Shown: one piece after another, positions 53,167 to 64,000 of the stretch | Position numbering within the stretch: the first letter of the stretch is position 1 | Layout of the letters: every line of letters begins with the position of its first letter | Assembly (NCBI GenBank): GCA_963714275.1 | Contig: CAVQNT010000002.1 | Coordinates: 942,576-1,006,575, forward strand | Length of the DNA stretch: 64,000 nt | Source: Candidatus Bathyarchaeota archaeon | GTDB taxonomy: Archaea > Thermoproteota > Bathyarchaeia > Bathyarchaeales > DTEX01 | Direction: 5' to 3' | Translations under genes and position numbers: made by a program | The notes under the pieces: model-generated | Seen by the model: only the letters and a program-made list of their open reading frames with translations | The model's database searches: none | What the model was told of the DNA's origin: nothing

Positions 53167-53551
53167 CTATTCTCCATAAGTATCGGGGTTTTTCGGATCA
53201 AAAACTTCGTTAACTATTGATATCAAATGACACTTCACTCTTTCCAATATTTTGGAAAGTATGCGCTACGTATGGATGTATTTCTACTGATACCGGGTTT
53301 TCTTCTGACAAAGTCAGTTCTTTTGTTTCTTTTGTATTGACGTCTTCCAACATCAGCTTTGCCACTCCTTTAACAACACAAAACCATTCGACCTTTCTTT
53401 TATGATAATGTTTTCCTCTTATTGCATTGGGTTTAGATATCGAAAAATGAATGTGCTTTATTTCTTCGTCGATTGCATCGCCTCTCAGTACTTCTATAAG
53501 CCATCCCCGTGCGTCTTCATGTTTTTCAATTTTCCTTATGTCAACTCGCAT
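53167..53551 (-). CDS. Cupin sugar epimerase/isomerase (CapF C-terminal/WxcM-like), frameshifted near 3' end
   Basis: HEDARGWL, RGKHYHKRKVEWFCV, AH; NEVFDPKNPDTY in a shifted frame. Confidence 0.82.
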
Positions 53552-54476
53552 CGAGCAACCTCACAGCTTTCTTAAAATCTGCTTCTTTTTCCTTCATTGA
53601 GACTATTCCTTCCAAAATAGTGCGCGTCCTCTTCCCTAGCGCATCTTCGACTTTGGAAACGTTTAACGAGATGTTCTTGGGACGATTCGCAACTAAAGAA
53701 AACTTTTTCTTAAACTCATCAAGGCTAACTGGTTTTATGAAACCACTATTTAGATTAAACACGTCTGCAACCGCTAGGGAAAAATGATATTTTGACATTG
53801 AATCAGAACTTGCCACATTGTAGATGCCAGTTAAGTTACGCTCAAGCATTTCAATTAGAATATTGGCAAAATCGTTCGTAAACATTAAAGAACTAATTTG
53901 ATCGGTAACAAGAAAACCCTCCTTTTTTCTCGAGGAATTAATAATTGACGACGATAGACTCGATTTGATGGGATTTGGATTCCACCCATGTAAACTCGTC
54001 CGGATGCTTAGAAAATCATCATAATTTTTCACTATTGTCTCCTCTCCCCGCAGTTTAGTTTTTGCATAAGCAGATATTGGGTTTGGTTCATCGATTTCTG
54101 AGTAGTGCCCTCTTTCTCCATCAAAAATGTAGTCCGTACAAACATAAACCAATTTGGCACCACATTTTTTTGCAGCTTCAAGTACGTTTTTTGTCCCGTT
54201 TACATTTACTTCATGGGCTAATTCGGGGTTTTTTTCACAAAATTCTAGGTCAGTTAATGCAGCGGCATGTATTATTATATCTGGTGATGCCTTTTCTATT
54301 TCGCCAAGGGAGCCAGTTGCAATGTCAATCTTTAAAGATTTAAAATTCTCATTCACGATTTCTATACCACTAGAACGGTAGCAACAAGTCACTTTGTACT
54401 TTTTTATGAACTCGAAACATAGAGCGCTTCCCAGTAGTCCGTTACCGCCTGTTATCAAAACATCCATTATACCCAT
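53541..54476 (-). CDS. RmlD-like NDP-4-keto-6-deoxyhexose reductase
   Basis: ITGGNGLLG, HAAALT, TDYIFDG, YAKTK. Confidence 0.88.
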   Translation of the reverse strand: MGIMDVLITGGNGLLGSALCFEFIKKYKVTCCYRSSGIEIVNENFKSLKIDIATGSLGEIEKASPDIIIHAAALTDLEFCEKNPELAHEVNVNGTKNVLEAAKKCGAKLVYVCTDYIFDGERGHYSEIDEPNPISAYAKTKLRGEETIVKNYDDFLSIRTSLHGWNPNPIKSSLSSSIINSSRKKEGFLVTDQISSLMFTNDFANILIEMLERNLTGIYNVASSDSMSKYHFSLAVADVFNLNSGFIKPVSLDEFKKKFSLVANRPKNISLNVSKVEDALGKRTRTILEGIVSMKEKEADFKKAVRLLDAS

Positions 54477-55471
54477 CCTTCCGCAGAAAGCAAAGAAATG
54501 ATCCCGTCTTCATCAAGCATTTCTGTGTTATTTGAGGTATATTCTGTTATATTTCTCAAGAGTTTGGGTCGTATCAAATCCTCATGTGGACATACAATGT
54601 AATGAGTCTCCGTTTCAATTGCTCTACGCATTTCCTCCTCAGAAACTAATACCTCATGGATTTTTTCCCCGGCCGAATACCGACCTTTTTTATTGGATAA
54701 TCTTCTCTTCCAGTGATTGCCTTAGCCATAGCCTTTGCCAAGTCGACTATTTTGCATGCGGGCATTTTCTTAACAAACAGTTGCCCACTCGTGCCTTCAA
54801 TGAGTGGCGGTGAAAACCAAATCAATGGCCTCATTTAGTGTCAACAAAAATCTTGTCATCTCAAAACTGGTTACAGGCAGAGAGTGGTTGGCTTTTATTT
54901 TTTCTTTAAATAATGGAATGACACTGCCTCTGCTTCCGATTACATTTCCGTACCTTACGCAGAGAAAACTTGTGTTCCATTTCTTCGTTGCAGAATTGTT
55001 CAGATTCAACATTATTTTTTCCTGAATTGCTTTGGTCATTCCCATAACATTTATGGGTTTGACAGCCTTATCTGTGCTGATTGCAACAAGAACTTCAACA
55101 TTGTTTTCTATTGCGGCTTTTCTAACATTTTCGGCGCCTAGAATATTTGTCTTAACAGCTTCCATAGGATGAAACTCGCAGTTTGGCACTTGTTTTAAGG
55201 CTGCTGCGTGATATACAATGTCAATGCCCTTCATTACTTCGTAAACTCTATTGTAGTCTCTTACATCGCCAATAGCGAATTCCAGAAGATCATTATTTTT
55301 GAATTCATCTTGCATGTCATACTGTTTCTTTTCATCTCTGCTGAAGATGACGATTTTATTTGGCTTCAACTCTAATAGTCTGGAAACAATTCTATGTCCA
55401 AAGCTACCGGTTTCTCCGGTTACAAGGATGTTTTTATTGTCTAGATTCTTTGGTTTTTTCATTTCTATCAA
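54467..55471 (-). CDS. UDP-GlcNAc 4,6-dehydratase/epimerase (CapE/FnlA/WbjB-like), frameshifted
   Basis: TGSFG, FSRDEKKQ, HAAALKQVPNCE, STDKAV.P.NVMGMTK, RYGNVIGSRGSV, MTRF, GIRPG. Confidence 0.9.
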
Positions 55472-55479
55472 CTTCAGTG

Positions 55480-56793
55480 TTAGTCCATATCAATAATGCA
55501 AACTTTTCTTACCTTGTTTAGCGTCTCTTTAGCCATTTTGTCCCAATCCCAATTCTTGGCGAAATTCATTGCCTCTTTGCTTAGGTTATGGTAAAAACTT
55601 TCATCCTCCAGTAATTTAAGAATTTTATTGGCGAATATTTTCAAATCATAACACGGGATTTTAATCATACCTTTGGGATAATAGACTTTCAGACTTTGCA
55701 AGTCAAACGAAACGCCAGGTAAACCACAGACCATCGCTTCACACGCAGCCATACCTCCACTATCCATTATGGACGGGTGAACCACTACTTTGCTATCTTT
55801 TATGAACTTAAATTTCTCGACGCCATCTACGAATCCGAATGTCTTAACATTACCAGCTAGACCATATTGCTTTATTTTATTTTGAACTTGGTTGATTAGT
55901 GGACCCGAGCCGAGTATAGCCAATTTAGCGTCTTTTCTCTTTTCACAAACATATTTCCAAATGTCGATAAGCTCTAAAACCCCTTTTTCTGGAACTAAGC
56001 GCCCAATGAAGATTGCATCAAACTTCTTTTCTCTAGGTTCAGGAATCAACAATGGCGTCTTGGCATCTACTCCACCACTAATAGCGACAACCTTATCAGT
56101 TGTTAGTCTTTCGCCGTCTATAAATCTCCATCTGTCTAATTCATTCGTAACCCAAACCATATCAGCATATTTCTGAATAAGCCGATATGTAGGTCTTTGA
56201 GACAAGTAGTAGATTAAACCTTTTAACTTACTCAATCCCTTATAAGAAGACTCGCTACTGAAAGGATTTGGGGCAAAAAGAAAACACGATGCCATCCATT
56301 TTGCGTTTTTATTTCTCATCTTAATTAACCAGCCAGGTATTGAGTCGGGCCAAAAATCTGAAGGGGAGAAAACTATGTCGAACCTCGATAAATTGCGAAT
56401 TCCAACAGCCTCTTTAATTCCTTTAATTAAAGAAGAGAGTGTATGAAGTAGAAGTGTGGACATATTATACTTCTTAAATGCAGGTGTATTGAGCACATTA
56501 TACTGAACATGTCTGTTCGGTGAGAGATACTTTTGATACATTTGTTTCCCACTAGTGCTCGTCATGATTATTATTGTGTTACCGCACGCGGCCCATCGCT
56601 TTAAATTTTCAAGTGCTATGCGATCACCGCCACTTAACCCAGGCTGCAATAGACCACCACCGGCCGTATTTGCGATAACAAAGAAGCGTAATGGCACTGT
56701 TCTATGCTCAGAGATATTGGCGCACATGAATTCAATCACACCACTCTGAAAGTGCTTCATCAAATATCTTTTCCCAACCCAGTTCAGAAGCAA
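55480..56793 (-). CDS. GT4 glycosyltransferase (start probably internal)
   Basis: SGGDRI, FIGRLVPEKG, DSGGMAACEAMVCGLP. Confidence 0.9.
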   Translation of the reverse strand: MLLNWVGKRYLMKHFQSGVIEFMCANISEHRTVPLRFFVIANTAGGGLLQPGLSGGDRIALENLKRWAACGNTIIIMTSTSGKQMYQKYLSPNRHVQYNVLNTPAFKKYNMSTLLLHTLSSLIKGIKEAVGIRNLSRFDIVFSPSDFWPDSIPGWLIKMRNKNAKWMASCFLFAPNPFSSESSYKGLSKLKGLIYYLSQRPTYRLIQKYADMVWVTNELDRWRFIDGERLTTDKVVAISGGVDAKTPLLIPEPREKKFDAIFIGRLVPEKGVLELIDIWKYVCEKRKDAKLAILGSGPLINQVQNKIKQYGLAGNVKTFGFVDGVEKFKFIKDSKVVVHPSIMDSGGMAACEAMVCGLPGVSFDLQSLKVYYPKGMIKIPCYDLKIFANKILKLLEDESFYHNLSKEAMNFAKNWDWDKMAKETLNKVRKVCIIDMD

Positions 56794-57887
56794 ATTCTAT
56801 CACATTCTTTCGGCAATTCGCATAAAACTCGTTACCGCTAAGAAGCTTAATAATAGCGTCAGACAATTCGGCCTCGCTATAGTCGACTACAACACCCATA
56901 GTATTTTCTTCGATCTTCTCAGCAATCCATGGAACTCTAGTGATAATCACTGGCAACCCACAAGCCATATATTGTTTGGGTTTACTTGGATCAGTATACT
57001 GCGTGATGCTATCAGGATTAGGCTCGTATATTGCAAGCCCAACGGCGCATTTTACAAGCATATTTTCAACATCTCTATGATCTTTGACAAACCCCTTGAA
57101 TTCAATATTATTACTTACTCCCAACTCATTCGCCATTTTCTTCAGATAATTTTCAAGTCTGCCCAGTACCAATAATGAGAAGCTTAATACTAGGTATTTT
57201 TTTGACAATTTTCGGCAAAGCCTGAATTATTAGTTCCAGCCCTTGCCCTTTCCTAAGATGACCCATATAAACGACACAGTTTCTGTTGATTTCTCCAAGA
57301 GATAGACGTTTTATCCTGTTGAAATTGACCCCAATCGGAACAACTATCTGCTTATCATCCTTTAAAACGCCTTTTTTCTCTCTCTCCACGGCCATCCTAG
57401 GCGAAAGATTCCAAATCTGATCACTATGCATAACACAATGACTGTCCAGCCGATGATACAGCCAGTTTAAAGATTTATTATTAAACCTTTTTGGAACATA
57501 ATCGATTGTGTACATAATTACTTTGCGTGTTTTTTTAATTTTGTTTAGAAAAATTCCTGCGAAACAGTTAAGCGGGTCTACTCCAACGAATATATCAAAA
57601 TTTTTCCTTGCTTTAGCAGTCCACAAAAGGGTATAAAAAAAATCTTTAAAATAAACGATAAGTTCTGGCAACTTCAAAGCGACCCCTTTTCTTTCTTTTA
57701 TTAGTTTGCCATTTTCATATATCTTGTAAAAGGATCGTGCGTCTTTTGCATATGAAAAAGGATGACCAATGAACATTAAGGTGTTAACTTTACTCTTTAA
57801 GTACTCTTCTAATTCTTGAGACGGCCCTGTTGCAAAAACATGAGTTACTATGGCCACGTTAAGTTCTTTTAATTTTGAGTACTTCAT
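56732..57887 (-). CDS. GT4 glycosyltransferase, frameshifted ~57160
   Basis: YMGHLRKGQG; PSKPKQYMACGLPVI. Confidence 0.85.
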
Positions 57888-58846
57888 TTTTATACCAATC
57901 GATTGTCTTCTCTAATCCTTCTCTAAGACTTGTTTTTGCTTCGAAGCCAAATTCTCTTTTAGCTTTGCTGATGTCAAAACATCTTCGCGGTTGCCCATCT
58001 GGCTTTGAGGTATCCCACATAATATTCCCTTTATAACCATACTCCGCTATTAGAGATACAAATTCGCTTATTGTAATTTCCTTGCCCGCTCCAATATTCA
58101 CTGGATCTGGCTTATTGTACTTCTCAGCTGCAAGAATATGCCTTCGGCAGCATCTTCAACATATAAAAACTCACTCGAAGCCTTGCCAGTTCCCCATACT
58201 ATGATCTCTTTTTTATTATCCCATATGCCTTTACAAATTTCCTTATCAGCGCAGGTATCACATGAGAGTGCTCTAGGTTAAAGTTATCCATTGGACCGTA
58301 TAAATTGACCATCAGAAGATGTATACCGTTAAACCCATACTGCTGCCTATATGCTTGAGACTGAACTAACATCATTTTCTTGGATAGACCATAAGCAGCA
58401 TTAGTTTCTTCCGGATAACCATCCCACAAACTTTCCTCTTTGAAAGGCACAGGCGCATATTTTGGATATGCACATACAGTTCCAATTCCGACAAATTTTT
58501 CGACACTCTCTTGTCTTGCAGCCTCCATCAGTTGACTATTCATGACAATATTATCATAAAAAAGCAGACCAGGATACTTTCTGTTGTATTCTATTCCCCC
58601 ACCTTTGCCAGCCAAATGTATGACAATGTCAACATCCTTAATAACCTCAACACACTTCTCCCATTTTCTCAGATCCGTGTTTGCACTCCTTGGAACCTTA
58701 ATATTTTCTTTGCGAACTTTTTTTTCCCTAATTAAGCGATCTACTACAAAAGAACCCAGGAAACCCGCGCCTCCCGTCACTAAAATTTTTTTCTTATCCC
58801 AAAAGCTCATCATTAACAGCTCCAAATGCCTTAACAACGTAATCAA
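57859..58846 (-). CDS. fcl: GDP-L-fucose synthase/ColC-like epimerase-reductase, frameshifted; start probably ~58808
   Basis: [52 protein letters not shown]. Confidence 0.88.
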
Positions 58847-60034
58847 GATCCTCCGTTGTTAAATACTGATGGCAACCAATGTAGAACCCATTTGAACCCA
58901 CAAATTTTGCAACAGGCAACAATCCTTCATACTTGTCTTTCAAGTAACTGTACGCTGGTTGCTGTGTAGGTATGCAACCAAACAACGGCCTAGTCTCGAT
59001 CCCCCTCTGCTCCAATTCCATTCTAATTTTCTTCCGGGCTGTCTCCTTTGGGTTTTTGACGACAATAGGATAGGCCATGTAACTCACGTTTTCATCATAT
59101 TTAGGCAATTGTATTACACTTGAAAACTTCTCTAGCCTCTCATTTAGATATTTAACGTTCTCCCGCCTACGTTCTATGATCCAATCTATTCTTTTCAATT
59201 GCGTTAACCCTAGAGCGGTCTGGAGTTCCGTTGTTTTGAAATTATACCCTATTATATCGTGAGTAAATCTTGGGTCAAAGTCGTTTTGATTTATTCTCAT
59301 CTTTGGACAACCGGCAGTGTTTCTTGTGCAGACGGGGCAATCGCACATTCTTCCATTGGTCTTTATTTTCCTAATCAACCTGATTATTTCGTAATCGTTA
59401 GTTGTTACTGTGCCCATCTCGCCTACTTGGATATTGTGGGCGATGTAGAATGAGAAATCAGACAATAGGGATAGAGAGCCAACTTTCTTTTCCTTGTACA
59501 AAGTGCCGTGAGCCTGTGCTGAATCCTCAAAGACACATAATCCATACTCCTTGGCGATTTTATTTATCTCATCCATATCGCAGGGAAAACCCATCAGATG
59601 GACAGGCAATATCAAGGAGTATTCTTCAGGATCATCCACCTTTTCTAGGTGCGCTCGAATATTTTCTGGTGTTATGCAAAACGTATCCTCATCAACATCG
59701 ACGTAGATGGGCTCGAAACCGCTCAAGATTATTGCATTGCTCGTTGCAATGTATGATATTGGTGTAGTAATAATTTTGGTATTCTCCCTTATAGGATCTT
59801 TGCAAATATGTTTCAAAGCATTCAATCCGGCTATCAAGGCGGAAGTGCCAGAATTCAAAGCAACCGAAAACTTTGTTCCAATGTACTTTGCCCATTCTTG
59901 CTCGAACTTTCGGACTGTTTCTCCCTCAGAGATTCTCCCAGAGTCCAAGACTTTGATTATAGCGTTTCTTCCCGCTCTCTCAATTCTAAATTCTCCAACT
60001 GATATTCTGACATGCTTATTGATGAGGTTAATCT

Positions 60035-60038
<4 letters not shown>
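58794..60038 (-). CDS. DegT-superfamily PLP/PMP enzyme with His in place of catalytic Lys (ColD/RfbH-type 3-dehydratase)
   Basis: [38 protein letters not shown]. Confidence 0.85.
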
Positions 60039-61085
<1,047 letters not shown>

Positions 61086-61120
61086 TGTTTTCTCCCAACT
61101 TTTTGTTTATGAATACTAAA

Positions 61121-61938
61121 TTATACAGAAACATGATGTCGCTTCGTGCTTTGAAGGTATCCTATGGCGACTCTAAGTCTTAAGCAATACATAGCAATCG
61201 TGAATAGCGGGTGTCTTACCAGCTTTTTCCATTTGTCTTTTTCAACAAAAACACCCATCAGCCTGTACCATATGCCTACTTGCTTCATTGTTTCTGGGTC
61301 GATAGATCCCCATTTTCTAACGTAATTTTTATTCCATCAGCATAGTAATTTTTCTTTTTCAAATATCGTTTCATATCGAAACCGCCTTCATTATGATAAA
61401 GAGCCGAATTGGTTATTCCAGTTCGACCGATTTTTCTTATTCTCCTGTCAAAGTCCCAGTCTTCAGCGCCAACGAGACTTTCGTCGAATCCTCCAATCCT
61501 CTCGAATAAATCTTTTCGAATGAATCTCACTGCGTCTACGACTGTTCCGGTGTAGAAGCTTCTCTCAAAATCTCTAACTTTTATCCAAAAGCCTTCTCCA
61601 ACTATTCGTTCCGGAATATAAAGCGCATCAAACCTATCGCGTTCACACTTTTCCACACATTCTTCTATTACATTTGGGCTCAAAATCATGTCCGCATCCA
61701 GATAAAGCAGATATTCACCAATAGCAACTTTAGCCCCAAAATTTCTTTGCGAAGATCTTTCGGATCCTTTTAAGTAAACTTTTGACGTGTAATTTTTGGC
61801 AATTTCAACAGTTTTGTCTTCTGAGAAATTATCAACCACGATTAATTCAATGTTTTTAAAAGTTTGACCTTTTATTGATCGTAAACAATTTTCGATGTTT
61901 TTCTCTTCATTTTTCGTAGTTATAATCACAGAAACCAA
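61121..61938 (-). CDS. GT2 glycosyltransferase, frameshifted near 3' end
   Basis: SVIITTKNEE, VVDNFSED, RNFG, LDADM, GGFDE..EDWD. Confidence 0.88.
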
Positions 61939-61988
61939 AGGATCGGTTCTTTACTTGCGCAGAGTAAAGGACAGGTTTCTGCACAAGG

Positions 61989-63458
61989 TTACTTGTTTTT
62001 TGCAAAATCTTTCACATGCCCCAAAACTTTTGCAGCGCCTTTAACAGAGTACTTAACATCTCTCAGAGACCGTATCCGAACTAATTGTTTAAGCATATAC
62101 TTCGGTGACAAAAATACCTTGTAAATTTCGTCGCAAATCTTCATTACTTCCTCAGGCACCATATCTGGCGTACTAAGAACAGGTTCCTTCATATCAAAAC
62201 GATCATAATCCTTCGGATCAACTCTGAACCAGCCATTCTCCAACGCTTCCGCATACAATTTGGTTCCAGGATAAGGCATAACAACCGTGGACTGAAGAGT
62301 AGCAGCCCAACCATTCTCCATCAACATCTTTGCAAGCCTCAATGTCCTCAACGCATCTTCACGATTCTCCCATGGATAACCAACCATGATCGTTATGTGC
62401 GGCTCCAAACCAGCCTCCCTAGCCATTCTGCAACCATCGATAGTGTCTTGGACATTAATCCCCTTATTCAGCCAATCAAGAGTTTCTTGGTTGCCTGATT
62501 CAAGACCAAAAAGCAACATCCGGAAGCCCGCTTTCTTTATAAACTTGTATTCCTCAAAGGTTAGTGCACCAAACCTCATGTTACACTGAAGGAAACCTTT
62601 TCATTATAGCCATATTCAACCATGAACTTACAGAACTTTCTTAACCAGTTTCCAACGGGAAAAGTACCCGTATCATCAAAAACCTCTTTGACTTCATATC
62701 TTTCTATTAGCATTCCAATCTCATTCACTAAGAGTCAGGGCTTCTCGTCCTAAAGACGGGATATAATGTGGGCCAAGAGCAGAAAGTGCATCCGCCATTC
62801 TTCCTCCACCAGCAGTCTCGTCCAACCATGGTGTAAGTGCCCGGGGTAACTTTGAAATTGCCATTCTTGTAAGCATACAAATGCCATTTAGTCAGATCTC
62901 TGTCAATGAAGGGAAGAACATTGAGATCGTGATTAAGCAGAAACTTGCCAGTAGTTTTAACTTCACCATCCGTTTTGTACCATATTCCTGTCTCAAGAAC
63001 CTTTGCTTTACCATTCAAATATTCAAGCAAGTTCAAAAGAAGAAAATCATAGTCACCACCAGTTAGAACATAATCTACCTCACTGTTCTTCATCGATTCC
63101 TCGGGTAAAGCGGTAACATGGTCGCCAACAAGGACAACCTTAGTTTCAGGACTAACCCTTTTAATATCTCCACAATCTTCCAGTGTCGCCTAACAACAGG
63201 GGTCTTCGTCTCAACCATCATAACATCAGGCAGAGCCTTTTCGACCCCCCTCAACCATTGATCATAAGTCTTCTCTTCGGCTATCGCATCATCCCAGACA
63301 ACATTATAACCAGACTTCTCAAGCAGAGAAGCCGCATAGGCTGGAACAACAGGATAAATATAAGTTGTCTCCGAAAACCATTGGAACTGGCGGTTCTGCG
63401 AAAGCAAAGGAACACCTTTTTTGTTCTCTAGAGGTGGGTAAGAAATGTGAACTTTCAT
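61989..63458 (-). CDS. B12-binding radical SAM protein, frameshifted
   Basis: N-terminal cobalamin-binding-like region; RDCWWRKNGGCTFC; FGLESGNQ, MVGYPWE, PYPGTKLY. Confidence 0.85.
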
Positions 63459-64000
63459 CTTTCAAGGTCACTCTTAATTATACCAATTATAAAAGAGATG
63501 CCGTAAGACAAGTGAGTTAAAATCGTCCCCAACCAAACAATAGGAATCAACTTTAACGCTTTAACCGTGATGAACGAAGCGACGAGAGAAGGACCAAGTA
63601 TCCAGCTACTAATAATAAAAACAAAGTTAGAGCGAAATCATTGAAAAGAGATAGCATGCTTCCTGCAAAAAGAAAGGCGACAAGAAACGAGGGCGCGAAA
63701 TATAAAGACCTTAGAGAGTTTTCCTTGAATTTTTTAGCGAAGAAACCTCTGTGAAGACCGTAACTTGACACTTGCTTTAAATGCTTCCGGAATAGAGGCC
63801 TCCGATGATGATAGACAACTACATCAGGAGCCTCAACTAATTTTTTGCCCAGACTCTTTATCGCTCTGCAAATTAGCGTGTCTTCACCAGGCCAATATTT
63901 CTCATTCCATCCGCCGGTCGTCACTAGAACAGATTTACGGCCTATAAAATTACACGAATGAACATCATCCGATTCACAAGCATATTTAGAATCATACCTT
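63455..64000 (-). CDS. GT2 glycosyltransferase with C-terminal TMs (partial, frameshifted)
   Basis: GGW..YWPGEDT..C, VYHHRR..HLKQ...YG.HRG. Confidence 0.82.

Overview
Archaeal DNA, probably Bathyarchaeia. That assignment is inferred from gene content (AbrB-VapC and HicAB pairs, DNRLRE and DUF2341 surface proteins, Hef-like helicase, wHTH-MEDS regulator) and was not tested. The window has two halves. (1) About 1-44.2 kb is a mosaic of short unrelated gene modules, toxin-antitoxin pairs, gene remnants and several internal duplications of about 50-530 bp; I recognise no integrase or transposase. (2) About 44.2-64 kb is a mostly minus-strand surface-glycan cluster: GT2/GT4, B12 radical SAM, gmd, His-type 3-dehydratase, fcl-like, CapE/FnlA-like, RmlD-like, cupin, AftD-like GT-C, galU and a GHMP kinase. 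The main unexplained signal is three short motifs concentrated at module boundaries in the mosaic half. The first is CGCGCG-type runs that bracket promoter-plus-gene units and cut a flavodoxin in mid-gene. The second is AGCT/CTAG tandems (CTAGCTAG, AGCTNAGCT) at the break points of gene remnants. The third is about 12-13 copies of a G-tract plus palindrome site, TTTGGGTTTGGG-ATTAAAWTTTAAT, at which one 530-bp duplication begins. Together they suggest an uncharacterised gene capture or shuffling process. Also notable are a pentameric ligand-gated-channel-like gene and a colitose-type pathway with an E1-like dehydratase. More than 20 genes carry frameshifts, many likely long-read indel errors, so split-gene calls are provisional. 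No rRNA, tRNA or CRISPR array was seen.
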